A DNA stretch of 64,000 bases from a virus. Lineage: Duplodnaviria > Heunggongvirae > Uroviricota > Caudoviricetes. Shown piece by piece: positions 15,348 to 25,443 of the stretch. The translations under genes were made by a program, and so were the position numbers. The notes under the pieces were generated by a model. That model ran no database searches. It worked only from the letters and a program-made list of their open reading frames with translations, and had not been told where the DNA came from. Numbering within the stretch: the first letter of the stretch is position 1; each line of letters opens with the position of its first letter. The stretch lies in the IMG/VR virus record IMGVR_UViG_3300042486_001111; one strand, 5' to 3'.

Positions 15348-15396
15348 TTATTATGATTTGTTACAAAGTTAAAATAAAAATATTGAAAAACAAAAT

Positions 15397-16311
15397 TTAT
15401 TTATTTCTTTCTTCATAAAGTTTTAACATACGATTTCTGGCGTAATCGCAGTAGTCCTCAACTAAATCAATACCAATATACTGTCTACCCATTTTAGAAG
15501 ACGCATATGGTGTGGTACCAGTACCTGAAAAATTATCGAGAACAATATCGTTTGGTTCAGAGTATAAGTCAATAAAGTACTTAGCAAATTCAGATGAGAA
15601 TGTTGCCTCATGACCCTCAACCTTTCCATCATTATTTTTTGCCTCAATGAAGTTATAGTAGGTTTTGAAATATCTTTGTCCTGTTTTAGAAATAGACATA
15701 ACTTTTTTATTTGCATTGAAGTTGGGTGTCTTAGCGAATATGTACACCATCTCAACAATTCTAGTCATTCTATTTGGGTGACCACTTAATGGTACACAGG
15801 ATTTCTTTTTCCAAGATGCAGTATCATATATCTCTAATCCCGTATTTTCAAAAACTTCATTAATCAAAATGTAAGGTAACGAAGGATTAAAGGTGGTATA
15901 ACTATAATTGAATACAATGACACCATCATCAGTTAATATTCTCTCATATTGTTTAAATACGTCCACCAACCAACTTAAATACTCCTTAACAGGTTGATTA
16001 TCTTTAATGACATCTTTTGCACCAGGATATTTATGATTATCTTTCCTAATAGACGCTAAGTATGGTGGTGAAGTTAGAATAAGGTTAATTGATTTATCAT
16101 TAATCAACTTCATAGTCTCAACTGTATCCCCACAATATATATCATTTGTAAGTATCCCTACATCTGTAGGACTTGTGGGATCATATATATCTTCTAAGTC
16201 ATTAAAAACTTCATCATATACCTCAACTTCAGTACTACCAGTAGTATACTCTTTAACATCGAACAAAACTCCTTGTACGACATCTAATTTTCTTTTTGGT
16301 CTTTTTGCCAT
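15397..16311 (-). CDS. DNA methyltransferase, beta class (probably m4C)
   Basis: LILTSPPY (motif IV) before H.ATF and VLDNFSGTGTT (motif I). Confidence 0.9.
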   Translation of the reverse strand: MAKRPKRKLDVVQGVLFDVKEYTTGSTEVEVYDEVFNDLEDIYDPTSPTDVGILTNDIYCGDTVETMKLINDKSINLILTSPPYLASIRKDNHKYPGAKDVIKDNQPVKEYLSWLVDVFKQYERILTDDGVIVFNYSYTTFNPSLPYILINEVFENTGLEIYDTASWKKKSCVPLSGHPNRMTRIVEMVYIFAKTPNFNANKKVMSISKTGQRYFKTYYNFIEAKNNDGKVEGHEATFSSEFAKYFIDLYSEPNDIVLDNFSGTGTTPYASSKMGRQYIGIDLVEDYCDYARNRMLKLYEERNK

Positions 16312-16312
16312 A

Positions 16313-17224
16313 TTATAATAAAAATGAATGTTTAAATAAATCTAACTGTTCACCGAACACAGGTAATATATTTTGGTTTTCTCCGTAGTTCATAACTAAC
16401 AGTTCTTCCCCCATATTTTGTTTTACACCACTTTTTGCTGCCGCGGCTTTAGCGAATTCTTTCATTTCCCACACATATTCGTGTTTAGGAAACCAAACCC
16501 TTAATAAAGGAAAGTCATAATAACTAAGTGAAAATTTACCACTAATAGATTTTAATGAATCAGCCAATCTTTCGTGATCATTTCTATCGAAGTCGTGATT
16601 AGAATAATAATTTTCTGTTTTCCAATATGGGGGATCCACATAAAAATATGTTTTCTCAGAATCATATTTTTCTATGACTTCCTGAAAATCCATATTTTCT
16701 ACAAATGTAATTTTATCAAAATGAGAACGATATTTTTTATCCTTCAGTTTATCCATAAAAATTAAAACCTTACATCTATATTTACCTTTATAGTCCATAT
16801 AGGACGATGTTTCAGGTTTAGAACCTGAGAATATTTGAGTTAATACATATACATATTTTGCCGCAACCTCAAATCTATTATCATCGGTAATTGTAACACC
16901 ACTATGAAAAACTTCTTTCTGATATTCATTGAACATTTCTTCATATGTAGTTGGTGTATCCTCAACACCTAATTGTTGACAGGGGTATTTGGACATTTCG
17001 TCCCACATTCTATCATAATCTTTACAACAACTAAATAAGTTTGCATTAAGTCCGTTAAAATCGTTATACACTACCGTCTTTAAATTAGGGTAATGATTTA
17101 AATCCATTTTAAAAAATACCCAAAACATACCACTGAATGGTTCAACGTATGTTTCTATATCTCTCGGTATGTACGGAACTATCCATTTAGATATTCTAGC
17201 CTTACCACCAATATAACTAATCAT
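16313..17224 (-). CDS. Dam-like (D12 class) N6-adenine DNA methyltransferase
   Basis: YIGGK, YVEPFSG, VYNDFN and FYVDPPY motifs. Confidence 0.9.
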   Translation of the reverse strand: MISYIGGKARISKWIVPYIPRDIETYVEPFSGMFWVFFKMDLNHYPNLKTVVYNDFNGLNANLFSCCKDYDRMWDEMSKYPCQQLGVEDTPTTYEEMFNEYQKEVFHSGVTITDDNRFEVAAKYVYVLTQIFSGSKPETSSYMDYKGKYRCKVLIFMDKLKDKKYRSHFDKITFVENMDFQEVIEKYDSEKTYFYVDPPYWKTENYYSNHDFDRNDHERLADSLKSISGKFSLSYYDFPLLRVWFPKHEYVWEMKEFAKAAAAKSGVKQNMGEELLVMNYGENQNILPVFGEQLDLFKHSFLL

Positions 17225-17268
17225 CTATTTTTTCTTTAATAATAATTATTTTTTTTTGAATTGTCAAC

Positions 17269-17856
17269 TCACCCTTTAAGTTTAACTATAATACTTATTC
17301 TATGATAATTATCGAATATAGTCCCATATTCACCTTTATTTATTACCCATTTATATTCTAACATATCATTTGGGATTGCACCGTCTTTAGTAAATAACCC
17401 ACAATTGGATTTACATATATTCTCTAAAATCTTTTTATTGTATTTCTTCCACCATTTAGAGTTAAAAATACTAACAATAAAATTATTATATTCTTCTGAG
17501 CCATTAAAATTGTCAAAAAAAGAATTTCCTTTACCCCACTTACTTCTAGTTGGGGATACTTTTATAATAGGTTCAGAATAAAGTCTAAATTTTTTCAAAT
17601 CTTTTTTAGAATATTTCTTTATTTCATAAAGATTACCCTCTTTATCTTTAGCGTCTGCCTTTATGAATCTTGACTCTTCCATAATTGGTTTAAAGAGTTC
17701 AGGATCTTTATTTAGACTTAATATCTTTTCCACATTGTTTCTTCCGTTACCAGTCCATTTTATGCGGGGAGATTTTATATACCTATCGAAATTGTATTTT
17801 TTTCGTACTTCCTTTTCAAAACTATAGCCCGCATTAACTCGTATGCGTCCATTCAT
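17269..17856 (-). CDS. Putative PD-(D/E)xK nuclease (restriction-enzyme-like)
   Basis: Helix GYSFEKEV, then ADAKDKEGNLYEIKK (D...ExK); basic protein next to two MTases. Confidence 0.45.
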   Translation of the reverse strand: MNGRIRVNAGYSFEKEVRKKYNFDRYIKSPRIKWTGNGRNNVEKILSLNKDPELFKPIMEESRFIKADAKDKEGNLYEIKKYSKKDLKKFRLYSEPIIKVSPTRSKWGKGNSFFDNFNGSEEYNNFIVSIFNSKWWKKYNKKILENICKSNCGLFTKDGAIPNDMLEYKWVINKGEYGTIFDNYHRISIIVKLKG

Positions 17857-17876
17857 AACTATTGTTTTAGAAATTA

Positions 17877-17900
17877 AGGGGTATCAGCTGATACCCCTTT
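17877..17900. terminator. Perfect palindromic hairpin, probable terminator
   Basis: AAGGGGTATCAGCTGATACCCCTT. Confidence 0.65.
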
Positions 17901-17910
17901 TAATTTAAGA

Positions 17911-18102
17911 TTAAGAATTCATCGATAAGGATTGTGACCTCATCTGTTCTTTAATCTGTTCTACCTTACTCAGAAGAAAAGTTTTATCTTCTTCTGAAAG
18001 TTCATTAGTTTCTGACCATTTCATTCCTAAAACACTCATCAACTCCCAATTCTTTTCTTGTTCAGTTAGGTTTGGGTCCGTTGCGTTTTTGTTAATACTC
18101 AT
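17911..18102 (-). CDS. Small hypothetical protein
   Basis: 63-aa ORF. Confidence 0.65.
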   Translation of the reverse strand: MSINKNATDPNLTEQEKNWELMSVLGMKWSETNELSEEDKTFLLSKVEQIKEQMRSQSLSMNS

Positions 18103-18105
18103 ATT

Positions 18106-18531
18106 TTATTTTTTTGAATCTTCTTCTATTTGTTTTTGCTCTAATAGAGTTATTATACTTTCTTTGATAGAAAGGTATGTGTCGATGTCAAAGTTTCTTA
18201 AAACCCCACTAAACGTAGTGATATCGTGTGACACAATGCTGATTTTGTCTTTTTCCATATCATAAACAATTTGTGCTAACAAATCCCTCACAACATATTC
18301 TTTTTGTTTGTCATCTAACTGATCGAAAATCGGTTCATTGACTTGAATCACTACATCGTAATCCGTCATAAACTTAACAATGTCATTAGTTTTAGAAACT
18401 TTACCAAACTCCTTCTTAATTGCATCGTTAGATAAAATTTTAATTTTCACCATTCTAGGAATAGATGTCTGATCAATGTGTTTTTGAAATAACGATAATG
18501 TGTCTTCGTAAACTTCTTCAAATTTTGCCAT
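18106..18531 (-). CDS. Hypothetical protein (phage metallopeptidase-like fold, catalytic HE not evident)
   Basis: 141 aa; YDVVIQVNE..FDQL..KQKEYVV...L pattern, SHDITTFSGV. Confidence 0.45.
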   Translation of the reverse strand: MAKFEEVYEDTLSLFQKHIDQTSIPRMVKIKILSNDAIKKEFGKVSKTNDIVKFMTDYDVVIQVNEPIFDQLDDKQKEYVVRDLLAQIVYDMEKDKISIVSHDITTFSGVLRNFDIDTYLSIKESIITLLEQKQIEEDSKK

Positions 18532-18585
18532 AAATTATAATTTTTTAATATTAATGTTTAATGATAGGTATTATTTTTACAAAAA

Positions 18586-19578
18586 TCAAATTTTTAAGTC
18601 TTTTATTTTTTCTTTTTCCTCCTCACTAATATTTTCTGGTATATCTAACCAAATCTCAATTAACATATCACCCTTTTCATTTTTTCTAAACAATCCTCTA
18701 TTTGGTATTCTTAACATACTCCCTACTTTAGTACCTTCTTTTATTTTAAATTTTATTTTACCTTCTAAAGTATCTACTTGAACATCATCATTACCTATTA
18801 CTAAATCTTTATATGGTAGGTTAATTCTTTGGTGTATGTCATTTCCAACCCTTCTATATTTTTCATGAGGTACCTCAACTATATTTAATATTAAATCACC
18901 GTCCATACCTTTTCTGATAGAATTACCCATACCATTAACTTTGAATGATTCACCATCCATAATACCCTTTGGTATATCGAATTCGAATTCTACTTCACCC
19001 GTATTAGTACCCACACCAAAACAGGTTTCACATTTTTTAATTATGACTTCACCCGAACCCGAACAATTCAGACAACTAGTCGCATTAGACATTCTACCGA
19101 ATGGTGTATCCTGTACCTGAGTTACCACACCTGTACCCCCACATACGTTACACTGAGTTGACTCCCCTCCAGTATTATTACAGGTGTTACATTTATTTGA
19201 TTTACGGTATTTTATTTTTTTGTGAGTACCCTCAAATATTTCTTCCAAACTTACTTTTACATTTACTCTAATATCTGCACCTTTTCTTCTCCTATTTTGA
19301 TTCCCAAAGAAGGATGAAAACATATCATTCATATTCATACCACCAAAAGGGTTAGTTTTACCATCTGCAGTCCCAAACCTATCATAGTTTGTCTTTTTTT
19401 CTTTGTCAGACAGTATTGAGTATGCTTCCGCAATGTCTTTAAATTTTTCTTCAGCCTCTTTATTGTTAGGATTAAGGTCAGGATGATACTGTTTAGACAG
19501 TCTTCTATACGATTTTTTTATATCGTTTTCTGTAGCGTTTCTCTCTACCTCTAATATTTTATAATAATCTTTATTCAT
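18586..19578 (-). CDS. dnaJ: DnaJ (Hsp40, class A) co-chaperone
   Basis: KDYY..L, HPD motif, four CxxCxxxG repeats, C-terminal substrate-binding domain. Confidence 0.95.
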   Translation of the reverse strand: MNKDYYKILEVERNATENDIKKSYRRLSKQYHPDLNPNNKEAEEKFKDIAEAYSILSDKEKKTNYDRFGTADGKTNPFGGMNMNDMFSSFFGNQNRRRKGADIRVNVKVSLEEIFEGTHKKIKYRKSNKCNTCNNTGGESTQCNVCGGTGVVTQVQDTPFGRMSNATSCLNCSGSGEVIIKKCETCFGVGTNTGEVEFEFDIPKGIMDGESFKVNGMGNSIRKGMDGDLILNIVEVPHEKYRRVGNDIHQRINLPYKDLVIGNDDVQVDTLEGKIKFKIKEGTKVGSMLRIPNRGLFRKNEKGDMLIEIWLDIPENISEEEKEKIKDLKI

Positions 19579-19631
19579 TACTTCTATTTATATATTACAA
19601 ATAATAAGTATTTTTTATAAAAAATAAAGAT

Positions 19632-20282
19632 ATGCGTTACAGAATTATTATCACCCAAAATGGTAAAAAGAAAAAAATACTATATGAGGGTAATAGTGAA
19701 GATATCGGAAAACAAAACTATTTCAAAATTAGGGATAACAATAAAGTATTATTCCCTAAAAAAAGTAATGCATATAAGAAAATAAAATCTGTAACATATG
19801 AAATTCTTTTCTTAAAAGAAAAAGAAGAAAGAGATACTGATTATTTTGAAAGAGATGATTTAGGTAGAGTCATACCTATATCTATAAAAAGTGATAGATG
19901 GACTATAGTACACAAAGATGAATATTTTTACGAAGAAAAATTTACTGTTTTTGGTTTTAATTATAGAATGGAAACCAAAGAAATAATTAAAAAGATTCTT
20001 TTGAAGAAGTCTAAGGATGATAATATTAAAATGATAAATTATGTCACCAATAAAGTTTTAATACATCAGAATGGTGACTTTGATATTATAACCTGTAAAA
20101 ATACTAATGACTCAAAAAGGTTATACTTAACTATTAAGGAATTTTGTGATCATAACAAAATTAGTAATGTTGTCTTTACTGGTTTGGTTGGTATTAAAAG
20201 TAGAGTTAAATTATACAAAAGAATTTCAGAAAAGACTGGGTGGAGTATGAATAAGACTTATCGTACATCCACCCGTCCTTAA
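19632..20282 (+). CDS. Hypothetical basic protein
   Basis: 216-aa ORF, divergent from dnaJ. Confidence 0.7.
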   Translation: MRYRIIITQNGKKKKILYEGNSEDIGKQNYFKIRDNNKVLFPKKSNAYKKIKSVTYEILFLKEKEERDTDYFERDDLGRVIPISIKSDRWTIVHKDEYFYEEKFTVFGFNYRMETKEIIKKILLKKSKDDNIKMINYVTNKVLIHQNGDFDIITCKNTNDSKRLYLTIKEFCDHNKISNVVFTGLVGIKSRVKLYKRISEKTGWSMNKTYRTSTRP

Positions 20283-20756
20283 TTACTCAACCCCTACTTG
20301 AAATTTGTTTTCTAAATCAGATATTAAATCATTTAATTTTTGAATATCGTCAGATTCGTCAATGTAGACTGGATTAATACATTTAATCTCTTCTTTTCCT
20401 TCTGTTGGCATAAAGAATAATCTAACGTCATCACCTCTATTTTCTAAGTATTCTTTAACATTTTCACCGTAAATTCTAATCATATCTGTATTAGTGAATA
20501 ATGATTTTTCTAAATAAAATACTAAAATTAATGGTGTGTAATCCCTATTTTCTGATCTAAATTTTTCTAATGAAACGTACTCAACATCATCAGTTGTGAT
20601 ATCATATTTTTGACTGAACTCATTCTCTTTTGACGTTCTTTCTTCTTCACCTATAGCATCAACACACTCAATAGGATTATTATTATCATCAACTAAATAA
20701 ACTAAATAATGTCTAACACCTTTCTCTAAACGATTATTTTTAGTAATTATCTTCAT
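20283..20756 (-). CDS. Hypothetical protein
   Basis: 157-aa ORF. Confidence 0.7.
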   Translation of the reverse strand: MKIITKNNRLEKGVRHYLVYLVDDNNNPIECVDAIGEEERTSKENEFSQKYDITTDDVEYVSLEKFRSENRDYTPLILVFYLEKSLFTNTDMIRIYGENVKEYLENRGDDVRLFFMPTEGKEEIKCINPVYIDESDDIQKLNDLISDLENKFQVGVE

Positions 20757-20830
20757 AACTTTTTATATTACCTTTTGTTATTATTTAACAATGTTAATGA
20801 AAATATAATTAACTGTAAATGTTATAAAAC

Positions 20831-20857
20831 AAAAAAGGGAAGATTTCTCTTCCCTCT
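20831..20857 (-). terminator. Intrinsic terminator after the ncRNA pair
   Basis: GAGGGAAGA-GAAA-TCTTCCCTT-TTTTG. Confidence 0.85.
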
Positions 20858-20865
20858 TTAATTTC

Positions 20866-21191
20866 GGTGTCGGAATGGTGATCCTCTTTTATTTTCGGTG
20901 GTAGACTAACCACCCCTACATTATTACCCGTTTTGGTTCGGATGTCTTTTTTTTAATTGAGACAAACTCAACTATCTTTTTCACATGAGATAAACAAGAG
21001 GTATGTTTTACGACCTAGAGTGTGGGTCAACCCCACTTTAACTCACCTATGGTCGCCACTTTATACTTTAATCTGAAGTAAAGTGGTAAAACCCCGTCTG
21101 ATCAACTTGTTTTTTTGTAGTTTTTAAAGTTGCAGAAACCATTCGTTTATTGGACTTAAAGGGAGTACGTTAACCCCCAATCCTTTACACC
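20866..21191 (-). ncRNA. Structured ncRNA module 2 (about 326 nt), Y-RNA-like candidate
   Basis: Termini pair (GGTGT/ACACC; ACGAATGGT/ACCATTCCG with bulged C); several internal hairpins; no ORF. Confidence 0.65.
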
Positions 21192-21200
21192 TAATGACAT

Positions 21201-21362
21201 TGTGGTATCGGAATCGTCTGACACTTTTACATAACCTTGAGTGGTCCCTCCGCTTTCACGGTTTACACCCTTATAGTTATGTGGGTTATCAAAGCCCTCT
21301 TCCTGATTGTAGCTTAATTTATAGGTTTAAAATTTTGCTGCAATGATTCGTTAACTACCACA
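21201..21362 (-). ncRNA. Structured ncRNA module 1 (about 162 nt), Y-RNA-like candidate
   Basis: Termini pair (TGTGGTA/TACCACA; CGAATC/GATTCCG with bulged C); CAGCAA and CAGACG motifs. Confidence 0.65.
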
Positions 21363-21381
21363 AATATCTTCAAAGAACGTT

Positions 21382-22803
21382 TTATATAGTAACTAAACTA
21401 TATCTAATATCATTAATAGTCTCCATCAGTATTGATTCTGGTGTCATATTCTTTCCACCTAATATAGATTTAAGAATTGACGGACTGAATCCCGATACTA
21501 ACGCAGTACCATTTTTATCAAACTCAACTGGGAAATTCCCACCTTTAGCATTTAAATTCCAGTAAATGATATCAGGAATTTTATATCCCGCTTCATTATA
21601 CATTTCCTCAATCATAGATTGTGCTCCCAAACTATCTCTTCTGTTAGCCTGATTGAATTGCATATCTGACAAAATTAATATCTTAGTCGGCATAAATTCC
21701 TCCGTAATATTATTATTTTTTGCCTGTGTTAAAATTAGGTTAAACACTTTTTCTAAATTAGTGCTCATACCCCAATCAGCGTTTCTCAACTGTGATAGTC
21801 TTTGTTTTAGACTACCTCTTAGGTATTGTAATTCAGGATCTTCAGAGAATGTAATGAACGCATCTTTAAAGTTACCTGAATTTCTTTCTGAAATATACAT
21901 ACCTAACGATATTGCAATATCCATACAAGTTAGGTTAGGATTCCCTCCCACCTCACAAGCCATAGATCCTGAAACATCTACAACTGGTAAAATTCTTTCT
22001 TCAGAACCTTCCATCCAATTAGGTAGTGACTCCCATTGTTTATCATTAACAACATCATCACCACCCATATTCATAGATTTTATGATATCATATGGGTATA
22101 CTGCACCAGCATTAACTTTCGCAGTTCCATCAACTAAGGCAGTTTTATATTCCTCATACCTTGTCGAATCGTTTCTTTTGAATGACTTCTGATACCTTGA
22201 TGATGCGAGAGAAGGAAGTTTAGAATAATCAATTGCCTCCCAATCTCTAGCACACATCTTAGTCTCCACAACGTTAGTTAGTTCCACTAACATCTTTCGA
22301 TATTGTTTCGGTGTAAACTTAAACAATTTTCTAAGTCCGTTAGCGATAATACCTTTTCTCGGCATCCATTTAGCACATAGACCGTCTCCGTTTGTTAAAG
22401 CCGTTCTAATAAGTGAATACATATCGTCCTCTAACTCTGTACCAAATAAAACTAAAACATCATCCCATCTACCAAATTCTGGTATCAAAGCAATGTTCTT
22501 TCTAACAGTTTGTGGTGAGTTGGTGGTTAGGTGTGAAATAACGTCTCTAAAGACTTTTCTTTCTCCTGACCCACCTCTAACGTCTCTAGCCCAAAATAAG
22601 ACTTTAGACGCCACCAAAGGATTTTCATTAAAGGCTTCTTCGAAAACTTTAACTACTTTATCTTTTGATTTCCCTCTCATCGATCCGATAGAGAAAAACA
22701 AATCAACACATTTATTCAATGTGGTGTTGTTTGTAACCATACCATTATCAGTTAATGTTACGTTACTTTTATTTTCTACCAAAATTGTTTGAGAGTCGCT
22801 CAT
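21382..22803 (-). CDS. TROVE-like/vWA (DUF2828-type) Ro60-related RNA-binding protein
   Basis: FWARDVRGGSGER, FGRWDD, AKWMPR, VDVSGSM MIDAS motif, ILSDMQF, YWNL; promoter at 22830-22861. Confidence 0.8.
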   Translation of the reverse strand: MSDSQTILVENKSNVTLTDNGMVTNNTTLNKCVDLFFSIGSMRGKSKDKVVKVFEEAFNENPLVASKVLFWARDVRGGSGERKVFRDVISHLTTNSPQTVRKNIALIPEFGRWDDVLVLFGTELEDDMYSLIRTALTNGDGLCAKWMPRKGIIANGLRKLFKFTPKQYRKMLVELTNVVETKMCARDWEAIDYSKLPSLASSRYQKSFKRNDSTRYEEYKTALVDGTAKVNAGAVYPYDIIKSMNMGGDDVVNDKQWESLPNWMEGSEERILPVVDVSGSMACEVGGNPNLTCMDIAISLGMYISERNSGNFKDAFITFSEDPELQYLRGSLKQRLSQLRNADWGMSTNLEKVFNLILTQAKNNNITEEFMPTKILILSDMQFNQANRRDSLGAQSMIEEMYNEAGYKIPDIIYWNLNAKGGNFPVEFDKNGTALVSGFSPSILKSILGGKNMTPESILMETINDIRYSLVTI

Positions 22804-22884
22804 AATAAAACTTTTTTAATTTCTGAATACAAATATAGTTACAATTTTCTTAAAAGTCAAATATTTTAGAAAAAAAATATTTTT

Positions 22885-23520
22885 TTAATTATCAAACCAA
22901 AAAACTAATCTTACATCTTTAGGGTTACCTATATCTAACAATGCATCCACAACATCTCTGAAAAAGTAAGTACCCACACCAACTTCATGTAAGTCACTGT
23001 CAGACATCTTATAGTAAGAACTATTCATTATCTCATCTAAATAAAGATAGTTCGCAGAATGTGCGTCCATACCCCATTCATCAAATATATTACATAGTTC
23101 ATCAGAAACATCGTCAGGTAAACCCCTATCCATATCCGCAATTAATTCCATAGATCCGTCTCTAACACCTGCAAGTGCCCCAAATAAACTATAATTTCTT
23201 CCACCATATGGTTGATCTGTATATGGGTATGGGAATTTACTTTCATCTTTCCAGTATGGGAAATTTGGGTCGTCCGTAATAGACGGTTTCAAAAATTTAT
23301 TCATTATATAATCCTCTATTTTGTTTTTAGGATTATTTTTACCACTCAAATATCTATAGATAATATCTGTCGCTTCTTTATCTGTTAAACCAAAATTATG
23401 TGTTATTTTATCTCTCATAACGTCTATCGCGTATGAGTTATAAAACTTATCACTTACTTTTTCCCACTTTCTATTTTTAGGATTAAATTTTTCTGCGTAC
23501 ATATGAACATCACATCCCAT
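22885..23520 (-). CDS. Conserved phage hypothetical protein (MGCDVH...RNY.LF..LAGVR...VFWFDN family)
   Basis: Recognisable terminal motifs; promoter at 23535-23566. Confidence 0.75.
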   Translation of the reverse strand: MGCDVHMYAEKFNPKNRKWEKVSDKFYNSYAIDVMRDKITHNFGLTDKEATDIIYRYLSGKNNPKNKIEDYIMNKFLKPSITDDPNFPYWKDESKFPYPYTDQPYGGRNYSLFGALAGVRDGSMELIADMDRGLPDDVSDELCNIFDEWGMDAHSANYLYLDEIMNSSYYKMSDSDLHEVGVGTYFFRDVVDALLDIGNPKDVRLVFWFDN

Positions 23521-23570
23521 ATTCTTTTTTTTTACAAATATATTATTTTATTTATAAATATACAAATTTT

Positions 23571-24584
23571 TTACTTATATCTTGTTTTCAGATACTCCAA
23601 ATTACTTTTGAGTACATCTTTTCCGAAAAATCTTTCTTTGAAATCGTCTTCTCTATAATATAAGTTAATACCATTTAAATCTTTGGATTGTCCGACAAAT
23701 ATATCAATATATCTGTATTGTCTTTTAGTGGAACTTAATAACGCCGCCTTAGATTTACTCTTTACCTGTACTAAAGATATTTCACCTTCTTTTTCTACAA
23801 TGAAATCTATACCATACATCATATCAATAAAGTTACCATTTTGTCCCTCAAATATAATACTAAAACCATCTTTAATTAACAAGTCCTTAGTTAAAGATTC
23901 TACAAAGTCACCAACTTTAGTATTGTTTCTGGTATTATATGTAAAATCTTTATACTCATCGATAGTAAAATATTTCTTTAATAACTTATAGATACTATCA
24001 CCTTTCTTAAGTGTTAGTAAATAATTTTTAATTTCAGTTACATTAAGTTTAGATAACATTTCTATTTGTCCACCTTTCAGAAACAAAGTGGTTAGTAGTT
24101 CAGAAATGTCACTGTAGTTGGAGTTCAGTTTATTGACATAATCCCATTCTCCGTTTTCATCCTTTACTAAACAACAGTTTTTCAATTTGTCACTGAAGTA
24201 TGTACCATCGGTTTTTTTGATGATGTCTTCTATCTTTTTAGTTTTATATAAATAGGATAGTGGTTCTTGATAGGCAGGATTTAAATCCTCACATTCTCGA
24301 ATCTCATCTAAGATTTTGTTAATAACATCTTTCATGTTTAACCCATCTCTTTCACACACCCAAGAACCTAATTTTTTAATGTTATCACATACTAGTTTTT
24401 CATTACCATAGAATCTACCACAACAGTAATAATCAATTAACCTCTCTTCTAGTATTGTGTCAGCAACCTTACGTTCTTTTTCTTCGAATTCGACACTAGG
24501 GTGACTTAACCCATTATCAAAAACTTCTTTTTCATCATTTAAGATGAAATCAATAAAATCATTATGTATATCTTTATTTTCCAT
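23571..24584 (-). CDS. Protein with C-terminal PD-(D/E)xK-type nuclease domain
   Basis: GDFVESL, GIDFIV and VQVKS motifs. Confidence 0.55.
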   Translation of the reverse strand: MENKDIHNDFIDFILNDEKEVFDNGLSHPSVEFEEKERKVADTILEERLIDYYCCGRFYGNEKLVCDNIKKLGSWVCERDGLNMKDVINKILDEIRECEDLNPAYQEPLSYLYKTKKIEDIIKKTDGTYFSDKLKNCCLVKDENGEWDYVNKLNSNYSDISELLTTLFLKGGQIEMLSKLNVTEIKNYLLTLKKGDSIYKLLKKYFTIDEYKDFTYNTRNNTKVGDFVESLTKDLLIKDGFSIIFEGQNGNFIDMMYGIDFIVEKEGEISLVQVKSKSKAALLSSTKRQYRYIDIFVGQSKDLNGINLYYREDDFKERFFGKDVLKSNLEYLKTRYK

Positions 24585-24615
24585 ATAACAATTATATGGA
24601 TTATAGATTAAAATG

Positions 24616-24855
24616 TCAAACTCTATCTATTTCAAAAACAAATGTAATACCTGCGATGTTGATTTCAATCAAATCGTTATGTGTAAAATTATTTAGATTA
24701 TTGTTGGTATTATAAAACAATTCTTCATCTAATTTTTTATGTGTTTTCTCATCTAATTTATACATAATAGTTAGTCCATTGGTTTCTATTACTTCATTTT
24801 CAACACATTCATTCGCAATATCTAATACCTTTTCTAAATTCATACTAAAAAACAT
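24616..24855 (-). CDS. Small hypothetical protein
   Basis: 79-aa ORF. Confidence 0.65.
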   Translation of the reverse strand: MFFSMNLEKVLDIANECVENEVIETNGLTIMYKLDEKTHKKLDEELFYNTNNNLNNFTHNDLIEINIAGITFVFEIDRV

Positions 24856-25036
24856 TTATTAATCTTTCCCAAAACCTCCTCAAAAAAGATTTTTTTATTT
24901 TTTTGACTTTACTACCATTGGTTTTTATGTGATCACCAAGACCAGATTTTATCTGTTTTATAAATTGTTCTTTCTTAAGTTGGGTTCTTATTCTTTCCGC
25001 CTCAATGTCACCATTTACTTTTTCAAACTCATTCAT
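24845..25036 (-). CDS. Small hypothetical protein
   Basis: 63-aa ORF. Confidence 0.6.
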   Translation of the reverse strand: MNEFEKVNGDIEAERIRTQLKKEQFIKQIKSGLGDHIKTNGSKVKKIKKSFLRRFWERLINVF

Positions 25037-25050
25037 AAAAACAAATATAA

Positions 25051-25437
25051 CTATAAAATCCTAACAAGTGAAGAAAATAAGGTAGGAAATAATGGTTTAG
25101 GTAAATTATTCATATCAAACCACCCCCAATTTTGATTCTCCTCATTCAAATCACATTCATATTCTTCTTTACAGTAACCAATATAAAAATGATAAGGGTA
25201 ACCCATTTCCCATTGTTTTTCAAATAATTCATATCGTATATTATCCGATTCTATTTTAGTTTCCTCAAAAAGTTCTCTTTTAATACCTTCTAAAATGGTT
25301 TCCCCCTTTTCAATCTTACCTCCGAATAAACTCCAAGTGTTAGAAAAATTTACATTTTCCCCTCTCTGACCTAATAAAAATTTATTGGTTGTGGTACATA
25401 ATAATAATACACCACCATACTTTTTTAAATTTTTCAT
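25051..25437 (-). CDS. NUDIX hydrolase
   Basis: FGGKIEKGETILEGIKRELFEET Nudix box. Confidence 0.9.
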   Translation of the reverse strand: MKNLKKYGGVLLLCTTTNKFLLGQRGENVNFSNTWSLFGGKIEKGETILEGIKRELFEETKIESDNIRYELFEKQWEMGYPYHFYIGYCKEEYECDLNEENQNWGWFDMNNLPKPLFPTLFSSLVRIL

Positions 25438-25443
25438 AAAACA

